DNA of 64,000 nt from sequence record NC_019401.1. One strand, given 5' to 3'. Both the position numbers and the translations under genes were made by a program. Numbering within the stretch: the first letter of the stretch is position 1; each line of letters opens with the position of its first letter. The notes under the pieces are model-generated. The model ran no database searches, was not told the DNA's origin, and worked only from the letters and a program-made list of their open reading frames with translations. Below are positions 22,919 through 32,344 of this stretch, piece after piece.

Positions 22919-24403
22919 ATGAGTGGAACTTGTAAGTTAATACTTCAGGACGAAGTAAACTGTAAATTTGAGGGGCTTGCCCCTAATATTCGTCAAGAAA
23001 TGATTCGTAAAGTGTCATATACTTTACCATATGCACGATATACACCTGCTGGTCGTATGGGTCGTTGGGATGGAAAAGTAAACTTTATGAACATTGGTGG
23101 TAGTACTTACTATCATATGTTAGACCAGCTACTACCAATTCTTGAAAAGCATGATGTGATGATTGAAATTGACGATCAACGCATTCAGCATAATTTTGAA
23201 TTCGAAGCAATCGATGAGAATATTTTTGATTACGTCGAATTCCCACCTGGTCACCACATGGAAGGAAAAAAGATTGTCCTTCGTGAACACCAAGTGAATG
23301 CAGTAAACACTTGCCTACAAAATCCACATGGATTATTATTGGCAAGTACTTCATCTGGTAAAACACTAATTACCGCAGCAATGTCCAAATCTGTTGAAAA
23401 ATATGGTCGTAGTATTGTAATTGTTCCTAACAAAGACCTTGTTCAGCAAACATACAATGACTATGAAATGGTTGGATTAGATGCTGGTGTGTTTTACGGT
23501 GATAAGAAAGAATTAAACCATCAACATACAATTACTACTTGGCAATCACTAAACTCTTTGTGGAAGAAAACAAAGAAAGGTGAATTAGATTTAACTGAAC
23601 AGGACGTTCATGATTTTATCAACGGTGTAATCGCGGTCATTGTGGATGAAGCACACACCAGTGCTGCTGAAGCACTACACGCAGTACTTGGACAAGTAAT
23701 GAAAAATATCCCATTACGTTGGGGGCTAACTGGTACTATTCCAAAAGATCCAGTACTTGCAGCTAAAATAAAATGTAATGTTGGTGATATAATTTATACA
23801 ATCACTGCAAAAGAGTTGCAAGATAAAAAGATTCTCAGTACTTGTAACGTGAATTGTATCAGATTAAAAAGTTCTCTAAAATTCTCAAACTATCAGGAAG
23901 AATTAAAATATCTCGTTACTGATAGGGATCGAATGAGTTATGTTGCAACTTTGATTAGTGCAATAGCTGAAAGTGGTAACACATTAGTACTTGTAGATAG
24001 ATTAGAAGCGGGTGAATTACTTTGTGAGTACTTAGGTATTCCAAAATCAGAATTCGTTCGTGGTGATACTAAGAAGAAAGATCGTGAGGCATCATACGGT
24101 GAAATACGTTGGGCTGACAATAAGATTCTAATTGCAACTTATGGTGTTGCAAGTACAGGTATCAGTATTAGTCGTTTATATAATGTAGTACTAATTGAAC
24201 CAGGAAAAAGTTTTGTACGTACAATTCAAAGCATAGGACGTGGGCTTCGCCGAGCAGAAGATAAAGACCACGTAGAGATTTATGATATTTCAGGTTCTAA
24301 TAAGTATAGTGCTAAGCATATGCGTGAACGGATAGCTTACTATAATGAGGTTCAATATCCATATGTCGAGATGATTGTGGAAGATTGGCAAAATATGGAA
24401 TGA
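22919..24403 (+). CDS. uvsW: SF2 DNA helicase (UvsW-like)
   Basis: LREHQ, STSSGKT, VDEAH, GLTGT, QSIGRGLR. Confidence 0.92.
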   Translation: MSGTCKLILQDEVNCKFEGLAPNIRQEMIRKVSYTLPYARYTPAGRMGRWDGKVNFMNIGGSTYYHMLDQLLPILEKHDVMIEIDDQRIQHNFEFEAIDENIFDYVEFPPGHHMEGKKIVLREHQVNAVNTCLQNPHGLLLASTSSGKTLITAAMSKSVEKYGRSIVIVPNKDLVQQTYNDYEMVGLDAGVFYGDKKELNHQHTITTWQSLNSLWKKTKKGELDLTEQDVHDFINGVIAVIVDEAHTSAAEALHAVLGQVMKNIPLRWGLTGTIPKDPVLAAKIKCNVGDIIYTITAKELQDKKILSTCNVNCIRLKSSLKFSNYQEELKYLVTDRDRMSYVATLISAIAESGNTLVLVDRLEAGELLCEYLGIPKSEFVRGDTKKKDREASYGEIRWADNKILIATYGVASTGISISRLYNVVLIEPGKSFVRTIQSIGRGLRRAEDKDHVEIYDISGSNKYSAKHMRERIAYYNEVQYPYVEMIVEDWQNME

Positions 24404-24424
24404 CATAAATTTTTGTGATATAAT
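24396..24424 (+). promoter_or_regulatory. Conserved phage promoter (TGGAAT variant)
   Basis: TGGAATGACATAAATTTTTGTGATATAAT, same 17-bp spacing and TG. Confidence 0.75.
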
Positions 24425-24456
24425 ATAGACATACAAAATAAAAAGGATATTTTGAA

Positions 24457-24897
24457 ATGGAACTTCGATCTAGTCTCGCTTTTATTGGCGATTCTGAAAT
24501 TTTAGAGATTATTGATTCTTTGATTATGGAAGAATCACTAATTGATGACATGGTTTTTTCGGTAGATTTTATTCCAGAACTGGAAACTAGCGATACCTAT
24601 GTCTACCGTTGTCATACTGACGACGATTCGTGGGTTAATATCTACGATATAAAATCCCGTTTGGATGAAAAGTTTGAACACGAACGCAAATATGATATTA
24701 TCTATGCCAGTACTGATGCACAAACATATATTGATGTGATTAGTGTTACTGGTAATTTCGATGTTTATCTCGACACTGATACGGATAAAATTCAAGAACT
24801 GTGTGAAACTTATGGATTGGAGTTCTACGGCAGCGACGATGATGATGAAGATTATTATCTGGACGCTGATGAAGATGAAGACGACAATTACTACTAA
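24457..24897 (+). CDS. Highly acidic hypothetical protein
   Basis: Asp/Glu-rich with tail DDDDEDYYLDADEDEDDNYY. Confidence 0.7.
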   Translation: MELRSSLAFIGDSEILEIIDSLIMEESLIDDMVFSVDFIPELETSDTYVYRCHTDDDSWVNIYDIKSRLDEKFEHERKYDIIYASTDAQTYIDVISVTGNFDVYLDTDTDKIQELCETYGLEFYGSDDDDEDYYLDADEDEDDNYY

Positions 24898-24906
24898 GGA
24901 ATTCAC

Positions 24907-25410
24907 ATGAACGTTTTAACACCTGAAAATTATGCATTTGAGATGGATTTAGTTACTGATACTATCCCTGAAGAAATGTACTGCGTATTAGATTTAAGCT
25001 CTGTTGAAGATGCTGATTATTACTTTAAACACATCTTGAATACTGTTTCGTTTAATAGTATTAGTGCAGACTTACAGATTGGTAATCACATTGTTCAAGT
25101 TCCTCTGAACTGGCAGATTCTGCTTGGTGATGAAGACACTGGAATGATGGAAATGTGTACTATTGAAAACATATTGAATATGAAAGACCCAAGGGCATTC
25201 GTGTATAATCCAATACGCTCAATGTACCCAAAATATGAGCCAGTAAAAGTACTACGTGTGTTCACACTAACTACTAAATGGCAAATACCAATGTTACCAA
25301 AGAAAAATCTACTAGCAGTACCACTTCATAACGGTACAAATCCCCCATGTGTGTACTTCGCAGATGAAAATGAGAAAATTCAAGATCTATTTTTAGGAAT
25401 TGGTGATTAA
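24907..25410 (+). CDS. Hypothetical protein
   Basis: ORF with AAGGA RBS. Confidence 0.7.
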   Translation: MNVLTPENYAFEMDLVTDTIPEEMYCVLDLSSVEDADYYFKHILNTVSFNSISADLQIGNHIVQVPLNWQILLGDEDTGMMEMCTIENILNMKDPRAFVYNPIRSMYPKYEPVKVLRVFTLTTKWQIPMLPKKNLLAVPLHNGTNPPCVYFADENEKIQDLFLGIGD

Positions 25411-26255
25411 TGTTTGATTTTAACGGTTTACCAACATCTTCAGAGGATGAAGACACAGTATCGGAATCTAAAACCAAGTTAGATATGAATCTATTACTTG
25501 AAAAAATCGATATGGCAGATTATGGGTATTATGAAACCCTAAGCGATAAAGAAAAGAAACATTTCCAGCCGTATATTGTTTTACGATGGATAAGTTCTCT
25601 TGACGACTCCGTACAATTAACATATACTGCAAAGAAAGTTGAAAGTATTTTCGGTAAATGGTCTACTGGTGGAAAAGAAGCTTTAAATGAACTTAAAGAT
25701 GAGTTCAACAGTACTGGAGCAGGAGTTTGCATCAGTGCAGCGAAGTACGAACATGCAAAATACGATTGGCGTATTAAGTTTGCAGTACAAGATAAAGCAA
25801 GTGCAGATGCACTTATTGAAACCATGAAAGAATTTGGTATAACCGGTCATGAAATCATTTCTCTCATTGATAGTACTACGATTAAGTACCATCTGATTAT
25901 GCTAAATGATATGGTTAACCAGAACTTTTGGGAAATGAAAAACCATCCAGAACTAGTGTACCAGCTTATGTGTTCCGTATCAGAAATGATCGGGCCACAA
26001 AAGCGAGCACACAACTGGTTACCACATTGCAAAGGTTTAAAGAATGTCGATAAGGATATTTTCGACATTATTAAACGAACACAATCTGAATATACTTCTG
26101 TTGACATGAATGAAGCAGAGTATAAGATTTTATTATCTGGTTATACGAAAGAAACCTTTGAAGATCTACTCAAAGATTTGGGTTCGTCTGAGCAAGAGAT
26201 TAAATCTCTTTTGAAACAATTCAAAGCAGAAAGTGAAAAGTATGGCAAAAACTAA
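25410..26255 (+). CDS. Hypothetical protein, possibly clamp-loader small subunit (gp62-like)
   Basis: KKHFQPYIVLRWIS weakly resembles gp62 FDPFMVNRALS region. Confidence 0.35.
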   Translation: MFDFNGLPTSSEDEDTVSESKTKLDMNLLLEKIDMADYGYYETLSDKEKKHFQPYIVLRWISSLDDSVQLTYTAKKVESIFGKWSTGGKEALNELKDEFNSTGAGVCISAAKYEHAKYDWRIKFAVQDKASADALIETMKEFGITGHEIISLIDSTTIKYHLIMLNDMVNQNFWEMKNHPELVYQLMCSVSEMIGPQKRAHNWLPHCKGLKNVDKDIFDIIKRTQSEYTSVDMNEAEYKILLSGYTKETFEDLLKDLGSSEQEIKSLLKQFKAESEKYGKN

Positions 26256-26961
26256 TAAAGGGGCTGCTAAAGCCCCTACCTATAAATGCAGATTTTGTGA
26301 TAAAGAATATAAAAGAGAAGACACAGTACTGACTCATGCGTGTGTAAAGCGTGACAGATACAATGACAGAGAATCACGTCTTATGCGTGAGGCTTATCGT
26401 TTGTATATGCTTTTCATGGAAGTGCATAAATTTCAAATGAAAAAGAATGAAGAACCGCTGATGCAGTTTATTAAATCTCGGTACTTTAATGATTTCTATG
26501 ATTTCGCTCAATACATTTTGTCACATGATATTCTAAATAAAGAACAATTCATCACCCATGTGTTGACAAGTGGAAAAACTGTTTACGAATGGAAAGCCCA
26601 AAAAACATATGAAGAATGGGTAATTAAGTGTATCCGCAATGAACACCCACGCCGTGGAATTGAACGTTCAATTAATGCTATAATTGAATGGAGCAATGCC
26701 ACTGATAATGATTGGACAACATTTTTTGAAAATGTAAGTACTGAACGTGCCATTATGTGGTTCGAAACAGGAAAGATCTCACCTTGGCTGATTTATGCAG
26801 CATCCCCTGAAAGTGGGAATAAACTACTGAACCGTTTTTCTGACTCTGAGTTAGATTATCTGGTTCGTTTTATAGATCCAACTTATTTCAAAATACTCCA
26901 AATTCGTTATAGTGATGAAGTACTAGATATACGAAATTTACTCACGGAGGCAGGTCTATGA
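26242..26961 (+). CDS. Hypothetical protein with N-terminal zinc finger
   Basis: YKCRFCDKEYKREDTVLTHAC. Confidence 0.7.
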   Translation: MAKTNKGAAKAPTYKCRFCDKEYKREDTVLTHACVKRDRYNDRESRLMREAYRLYMLFMEVHKFQMKKNEEPLMQFIKSRYFNDFYDFAQYILSHDILNKEQFITHVLTSGKTVYEWKAQKTYEEWVIKCIRNEHPRRGIERSINAIIEWSNATDNDWTTFFENVSTERAIMWFETGKISPWLIYAASPESGNKLLNRFSDSELDYLVRFIDPTYFKILQIRYSDEVLDIRNLLTEAGL

Positions 26962-27308
26962 AACATGGAATGTATTCAGACAATAATAATGACCAACATT
27001 TTGAAGAAAAAACTAATGCACTTAAAAGTATTGCAGAATCTAAACTATCAATGATTCAACGTGGATCAGTGACAGAAATTACAATGGGTGACAGAACGTT
27101 TCAAGTTACAGATCCTAAAAGATTAGAACAAATGATTTCAGTACTGAAACATCAAGAAGAATCAATTCAGGTATTGAGAACCAAAATTAAAGAACATCAT
27201 AATGCGATTAGTGTTTTAGTTCAAGAAGTACAAACATTAAAGAATGAAGTTCAGAGATTGAAGGAAATAACTAATGGATATGGATCACAAGAATTCACAA
27301 ACTATTAA
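26958..27308 (+). CDS. Hypothetical coiled-coil protein
   Basis: Heptad-like C-terminal half. Confidence 0.6.
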   Translation: MKHGMYSDNNNDQHFEEKTNALKSIAESKLSMIQRGSVTEITMGDRTFQVTDPKRLEQMISVLKHQEESIQVLRTKIKEHHNAISVLVQEVQTLKNEVQRLKEITNGYGSQEFTNY

Positions 27309-27924
27309 TTATCGTAAAGCAAGGACTGATATTGATATTGACTTCAAAGATGGAAAGTCAGTTATTGAACAGTTGCCTTGTACAAGAAGTGTGGAAAGAA
27401 TTACTGAGGATGGGCTAGTGCCACATAATAGTGGGGTTCATTTTGATAATATCCCTGTTGACCCTATTAGTGGTTTAGCAAGCATACCATACAAAGAAGC
27501 CGAAAGATTAGGATACCAAAAAGTTGATATACTGTCTCAATCGGCTTACGAACATGTTCGGGATAGGGAACACTTAAAAGAATTAATGAACAAAGAGCCT
27601 GATTGGGATCTATTATTAGTACCGGAATTCGTCGAAGAACTGTCACAAATCAAAAAGCATATAACATTACTTAATGTATGGCGACCACGTAGTATAGATG
27701 AATTAGCAATGTTTATTGCGATGATCCGTCCTGGAAAGCGTCAATGTCAGAGTATGAATAGTTGGGATGAGGTGCGAGCAGTTATTTGGGATTATGATAG
27801 TATTGGGCTAGATGGTGAAGGTAAAAAGTTAAGATACTTTAAAAAGCCTCACGCTTATGCATATAGTTTGATGATAGTTGTTCAGTTGAACGCATTGGTG
27901 GAATATATTATTTCTTCTTCTTGA
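27274..27924 (+). CDS. DnaE/PolC (family C polymerase)-like palm/fingers fragment
   Basis: TDIDIDF, HNSGVHF, KVDILS, AMIRPG, FKKPHAYAY match DnaE PDFDVDF, HAGGVVI, KFDFLG, ALFRPG, FNKSHSAAY. Confidence 0.85.
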   Translation: MDMDHKNSQTINYRKARTDIDIDFKDGKSVIEQLPCTRSVERITEDGLVPHNSGVHFDNIPVDPISGLASIPYKEAERLGYQKVDILSQSAYEHVRDREHLKELMNKEPDWDLLLVPEFVEELSQIKKHITLLNVWRPRSIDELAMFIAMIRPGKRQCQSMNSWDEVRAVIWDYDSIGLDGEGKKLRYFKKPHAYAYSLMIVVQLNALVEYIISSS

Positions 27925-28261
27925 GAGCAACATTCCTGCGTTTAATACGTTTAGTCGGTAGATCACTTAACGAAATCACTGGCCCAGAGTGAACTTTCAC
28001 TTGGTCAGTATTGAATCGTTTTGTATACGATTCAAATTTTTCCATTTCTTCTTGCATAAAAAGGCAAATAGGAATGGTTCGATTACTTTGCCACCACCAG
28101 TTATTGGCTAGTAGTAACAGTTCTTCTTGAAGGGATTCATCCATCTCTTGGAAGCAGTACAATGTCATGTATTGTTTACTTTTGATTTTGATAATCCCAT
28201 AATAGATAATCTCGTCGTGCTCTATGACTGTCACGAACGGATAAGTTTTGTATTCATTCAT
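27908..28261 (-). CDS. Hypothetical protein
   Basis: ORF with late promoter on the minus strand at 28301..28308. Confidence 0.7.
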   Translation of the reverse strand: MNEYKTYPFVTVIEHDEIIYYGIIKIKSKQYMTLYCFQEMDESLQEELLLLANNWWWQSNRTIPICLFMQEEMEKFESYTKRFNTDQVKVHSGPVISLSDLPTKRIKRRNVALKKKK

Positions 28262-28270
28262 AGGACTTCC

Positions 28271-28308
28271 ATAAATATTGTATAAAATGATTATATATCT
28301 TATTTATA
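28271..28308. promoter_or_regulatory. Two overlapping, oppositely oriented late promoters
   Basis: ATAAATA on + (28271..28277) and TATAAATA on - (28301..28308) between divergent genes. Confidence 0.5.
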
Positions 28309-28318
28309 GAGGTTAAAC

Positions 28319-29290
28319 ATGGCACATCATGGCGTATACATGTATCCTTATAATAATGAAGTTTCTCTAGGCAATTTTAATATGCCTTTTAGTCAAGAGA
28401 AATTGACAATTTATAGAGGTGCAAACAATCCAATCAGTTTTACAATTCACAATGCTGATGGGAAATATACATTGATTAGCGATAATCAATATCTTGTGTT
28501 CAGTATTTTCGATGCCCGTAACGACACAAGAATCTTTGAAACCGTACTTGACAAGTTTCTTCCATCTTGGGTATCAGAAGCTGGACAAGCACGACCAACA
28601 ATTAGTAATAAACAGAAAGTCTACTACGGATGTATTGTACCTGCTGGTGTAATACAAGATTTGAGCGTAGGTTCTAAGTACCGTTGGAGCATCACTAAAG
28701 TAACATTAGATGGTGATTTAATTGAACCAACAGAGTACTTATATACTGGATTGAATTATGAAGCTAGTGCTGAGCTTGTTATCAGTAATTTAGCTGCACC
28801 TACATTTACTCCAAGCGAAGAAATAAGTGCAACAAAAAATCCATCATGGTTACCAATCAAGGATAAGGAACAAAAGCCTATCTCCAAAGGTTGGGTAGGT
28901 GATTATGATGTTATGCACACTTCAGCTATTCGTGCCGATGCTCAATATGGATTAGTAGATGGTTTAAGTACTATCGCATTTTACTTTAACAATTTCATCG
29001 GACGTGTTCAATTACAAGGTTGCCTTGCAAATGAAACGCCAAAAGATGCAGAAGATTATAAATGGTTCATTATTAAGTTAGATGGAAACGAATATATTGA
29101 AAATGAACTTGACGATAATGGGATTCCAATTCCATTAGACGGAATAAGGTCTTTCAATTTCCACGGTCAATTGATGTGGGTTCGTGTAGTATGTTGCATA
29201 CCGCCAATCGTCACTACCTATCCACCTAATGTAATCAAGAAAGATTACAATCCATTAAACACGATACCGAAAATTCTCATCCGTAGATAA
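28319..29290 (+). CDS. Hypothetical protein, probably virion structural
   Basis: Beta-rich composition; late promoter upstream. Confidence 0.55.
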   Translation: MAHHGVYMYPYNNEVSLGNFNMPFSQEKLTIYRGANNPISFTIHNADGKYTLISDNQYLVFSIFDARNDTRIFETVLDKFLPSWVSEAGQARPTISNKQKVYYGCIVPAGVIQDLSVGSKYRWSITKVTLDGDLIEPTEYLYTGLNYEASAELVISNLAAPTFTPSEEISATKNPSWLPIKDKEQKPISKGWVGDYDVMHTSAIRADAQYGLVDGLSTIAFYFNNFIGRVQLQGCLANETPKDAEDYKWFIIKLDGNEYIENELDDNGIPIPLDGIRSFNFHGQLMWVRVVCCIPPIVTTYPPNVIKKDYNPLNTIPKILIRR

Positions 29291-29291
29291 A

Positions 29292-29320
29292 TGGAATGCA
29301 ATAAAAAAATGTGGTATAAT
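29292..29320 (+). promoter_or_regulatory. Conserved phage promoter (TGGAAT variant)
   Basis: TGGAATGCAATAAAAAAATGTGGTATAAT upstream of primase. Confidence 0.8.
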
Positions 29321-29352
29321 ATTTAAAGTACTGACACAGACAAAGGATTTGA

Positions 29353-30399
29353 ATGATGAATCAGATACAAAATATTATGGCAAATATTATGCATGACCCT
29401 GTTCCAATTATGGATCGCTGGAACCAACATAATTGCCCTGCTTGTATTACAAGAGGACAGTCCAGACCAGACACAAAAGGTCGTGGAAACCATATGTTTA
29501 GGAATGATGGTTCGGTGGTTTATAATTGTTTCAACTGCCACTTAAAAACAGTATGGACACCAGGAAGGTACATTAGCAGAGATATGGAATCTTTGCTTCG
29601 TTCCTTTGGTGCTTCTGATAAAGAAATGATTTCTATCAAACTCATTGCTAAAGAAATGGCAGAGAGTGGTGAATATGAAATTGAAGAAAGTACTCATTCT
29701 AAACTTTATCAAAAAATAGTAACACGTGAATTACCAAGTGATGCACGACCATTTATTGAATGGGTGAATATGGAAAACATACCACCCGATTTCATTAAGG
29801 TCATCAATGCAGTAAACGACCGTAATCCATACTTGTTGGACTTAGATCTGTACTGGAGTCCTTCAAAAGAATTCTACATGTTCCAACGGTTCATCATTCC
29901 GTATTACATGAATGGTCAAATTATTGGTTATACTGCTCGTCACATTGATCCTAAAAGTGAATACCGCTATAGGAATCAAGTTAGTACGAGCATTTTTTAT
30001 AACTTTGATTTACTAAATGATGAAAGGATTCAAACAATCCTTGTCGCAGAAGGCCCAATTGATGCAAGTCTTATGGGTGGTATTTCTGCAAACAACTACT
30101 TTCTAAGTAATTCGCAACTGGATTTGTTGCATAAAGCTGAAGAACGTGGTAAAAACATTGTTATTGTTCCAGACCGAGATAAAGATGGTTTAGTTACAAT
30201 AGAACAAGCAATTGAGCATGGTTTCAGTGTAGCATTACCTGATTACGGTGCAGTACGTGATGAAAATGGAATTCGTCACATTAAGGATTTTGATGAAGCA
30301 TGTGCTAAGTACGGTAGGTTGTTTTGCTTACAACTTCTACATAAAAGCATATACACAGATAGATTCGACATTAGAGTACAAACTGAAAAATGGATTTGA
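29353..30399 (+). CDS. gp61: DNA primase (gp61-like)
   Basis: Zn-binding CPAC...CFNC; TOPRIM AEGPIDA, VPDRDKDG, KDFDE. Confidence 0.88.
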   Translation: MMNQIQNIMANIMHDPVPIMDRWNQHNCPACITRGQSRPDTKGRGNHMFRNDGSVVYNCFNCHLKTVWTPGRYISRDMESLLRSFGASDKEMISIKLIAKEMAESGEYEIEESTHSKLYQKIVTRELPSDARPFIEWVNMENIPPDFIKVINAVNDRNPYLLDLDLYWSPSKEFYMFQRFIIPYYMNGQIIGYTARHIDPKSEYRYRNQVSTSIFYNFDLLNDERIQTILVAEGPIDASLMGGISANNYFLSNSQLDLLHKAEERGKNIVIVPDRDKDGLVTIEQAIEHGFSVALPDYGAVRDENGIRHIKDFDEACAKYGRLFCLQLLHKSIYTDRFDIRVQTEKWI

Positions 30400-30406
30400 G
30401 GTTTAA

Positions 30407-31909
30407 ATGGCAAGCAACACGGACGTAAGAAAATATGACATTAGTTATCAACTATATTTGCTATCGCAAATTTTTAGTACACCAGACCTATATGTAAGGT
30501 GTAAGAACGTACTAAAACCAGATTATTTTGATAAGGAATATCACGCTAGTATCCAATATGTTCATGACTATTCAAGTAAGTATAATATAACTCCAACGTT
30601 AAATGACATTAAACACAATGCCGATTTTCAGTACAGCGAAACTCCAGTACAGGAGTTAAATCAGCAAGCAGTACTTGATAGCGTTGGTGAGTTTTGCCGC
30701 CATAAAGCCCTTGCTCTGGCAATTCAACAGGGTATGGAACTGGTTAACCAGAAACGATATGGTGGCATCGAAGAATTAATTCGAGAAGCAATGCTTGTAA
30801 CTGTTCAGAACGATTTGGGTCTAGACATTTATGAAAATCCAGAGGAAGTTATCAGTTCCCTAGCAAATATGCAAGGTACTTTTAAATCTGGTTGGGAAAC
30901 GCTTGATTATAAACTATTCGGTGGTTTTGGTCGTCAAGAACTTGAGATCTTTGCGGCAGCATCCGGTGGTGGTAAATCAGTTGTTTTACAAAATTTAGCA
31001 GTAAACTTTAGTAAAGCTGGGTTAAATGGTGCTTATATCACACTAGAACTAGCATCTGAGCTTGTTGCCGTTCGTATCTATGGTATGATGGTAAACACTG
31101 CACAGAACAAAGTGAAAGTCGATATTGATGAAACCGCAGCAAAAATTAAAATTGAAGAACGTAGTAACGGTAAACTTCGTATTCACCGTCTACCAGAATC
31201 AGTCAGTACTGTAAACGATATTGAAAGCTATATTCGTGAACTACAGATTAAAACTGGCGTTAAACTCGATTATGTATGTGTTGACTATTTGGATCTACTA
31301 ACATCTGACCGTTGTGGACCGAATGATAAATCTAACGCATTCGTAAAAGATAAATTTGTATCAGAAGAATTACGTGCACTTGCAATGAAAATGGATTTAA
31401 CTGTATTCACCGCTTGTCAGTTTAACCGTAGTGGTGTTGCTGGCGAAGATGTTAAGAGCCAAGCACAAATCGCGGGTGGTATTTCAAAAATCTATACCGC
31501 AGATAACGTTATCTATATTGATGCACGTAAAGACCGTGGCGAAATGGTCTTCGACTTCCAGAAAACACGTAACAGTTCCGCAGTTGGTTCCCGTCTAATT
31601 ATGTCTTATGACATTGATTCACTTCGTGTGCTTGACCATCCACAAACTGTTCAAGAAATGGAAATTAACACTACATTCAGACACAGTGGAAAAGTGATGC
31701 TAGGTAAAGGTAACGTCATGGCTCATCCAACCTTACCAGGTAATTCGGCAATGAGTTCATTACAAAATAAACTTACAAATGTTATTCCTAAGCCTAGTAC
31801 ACAAATTGCACAAAATAGTGACAGTACTGAATCGCCAGATATAAATACACCAAAGGCTGATGAGGATAAAGTTTCCCGTATGCGGGACTTTTTGAATGGT
31901 AGGATATAA
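30407..31909 (+). CDS. gp41: Replicative DnaB-like helicase (gp41-like)
   Basis: AASGGGKS, YITLE, VDYLDL, TACQFNR, QKTRN. Confidence 0.92.
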   Translation: MASNTDVRKYDISYQLYLLSQIFSTPDLYVRCKNVLKPDYFDKEYHASIQYVHDYSSKYNITPTLNDIKHNADFQYSETPVQELNQQAVLDSVGEFCRHKALALAIQQGMELVNQKRYGGIEELIREAMLVTVQNDLGLDIYENPEEVISSLANMQGTFKSGWETLDYKLFGGFGRQELEIFAAASGGGKSVVLQNLAVNFSKAGLNGAYITLELASELVAVRIYGMMVNTAQNKVKVDIDETAAKIKIEERSNGKLRIHRLPESVSTVNDIESYIRELQIKTGVKLDYVCVDYLDLLTSDRCGPNDKSNAFVKDKFVSEELRALAMKMDLTVFTACQFNRSGVAGEDVKSQAQIAGGISKIYTADNVIYIDARKDRGEMVFDFQKTRNSSAVGSRLIMSYDIDSLRVLDHPQTVQEMEINTTFRHSGKVMLGKGNVMAHPTLPGNSAMSSLQNKLTNVIPKPSTQIAQNSDSTESPDINTPKADEDKVSRMRDFLNGRI

Positions 31910-31911
31910 TT

Positions 31912-32181
31912 ATGTCGAACAAAAAGCACAATCTTCTAGATAGTATAGTCAACTATACTTCTGATAAAGAAAAACTTCAAAGTTTAGGAAATCGTGCTGA
32001 TCATGCTATTAATTCTATAATCAATCTTCTTGATAGTATTGAAGAAGAATTTGAGGGAGAAGAAGCAGAAGATTTGAAACGTCGCTTATTTTTAAGCATT
32101 AAAAACCGTGATTACCGAAAATTCGAAAAGGGCTTGGAAAACTTAGCCAACAGCGAAAAACGTAAGAACAAAGGTGAATGA
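31912..32181 (+). CDS. Hypothetical protein
   Basis: ORF; TATAAATA at 31840..31847 upstream. Confidence 0.7.
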   Translation: MSNKKHNLLDSIVNYTSDKEKLQSLGNRADHAINSIINLLDSIEEEFEGEEAEDLKRRLFLSIKNRDYRKFEKGLENLANSEKRKNKGE

Positions 32182-32182
32182 T

Positions 32183-32341
32183 ATGAAAAAGAAACGTGTA
32201 AATGAAAATGCTTCATCTGGTGCAACAAGTTCTGGTTCAATCGCATCAGTGAGTGGTGGATTAAATTATCCTTTAATTACTAGAATGCCTAAGACGAATT
32301 TCTTCGGCTATAAAGAATATAAAGGCAACAAAAAGGATTAA
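32183..32341 (+). CDS. 52-aa ORF (not in supplied track) with capsid-like motif
   Basis: MKKKRVNENASSGATSSGSIASVSGGLNYPLITRMPKTNFFGYKEYKGNKKD; AGGTG RBS; fills the gap between 32181 and 32345. Confidence 0.75.
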   Translation: MKKKRVNENASSGATSSGSIASVSGGLNYPLITRMPKTNFFGYKEYKGNKKD

Positions 32342-32344
32342 TAA

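Noticed and set aside
27274-27330. Split-intein trans-splicing of the two DnaE-like halves
   Set aside because: Neither junction has intein N- or C-terminal motifs; the halves end and start directly in polymerase sequence
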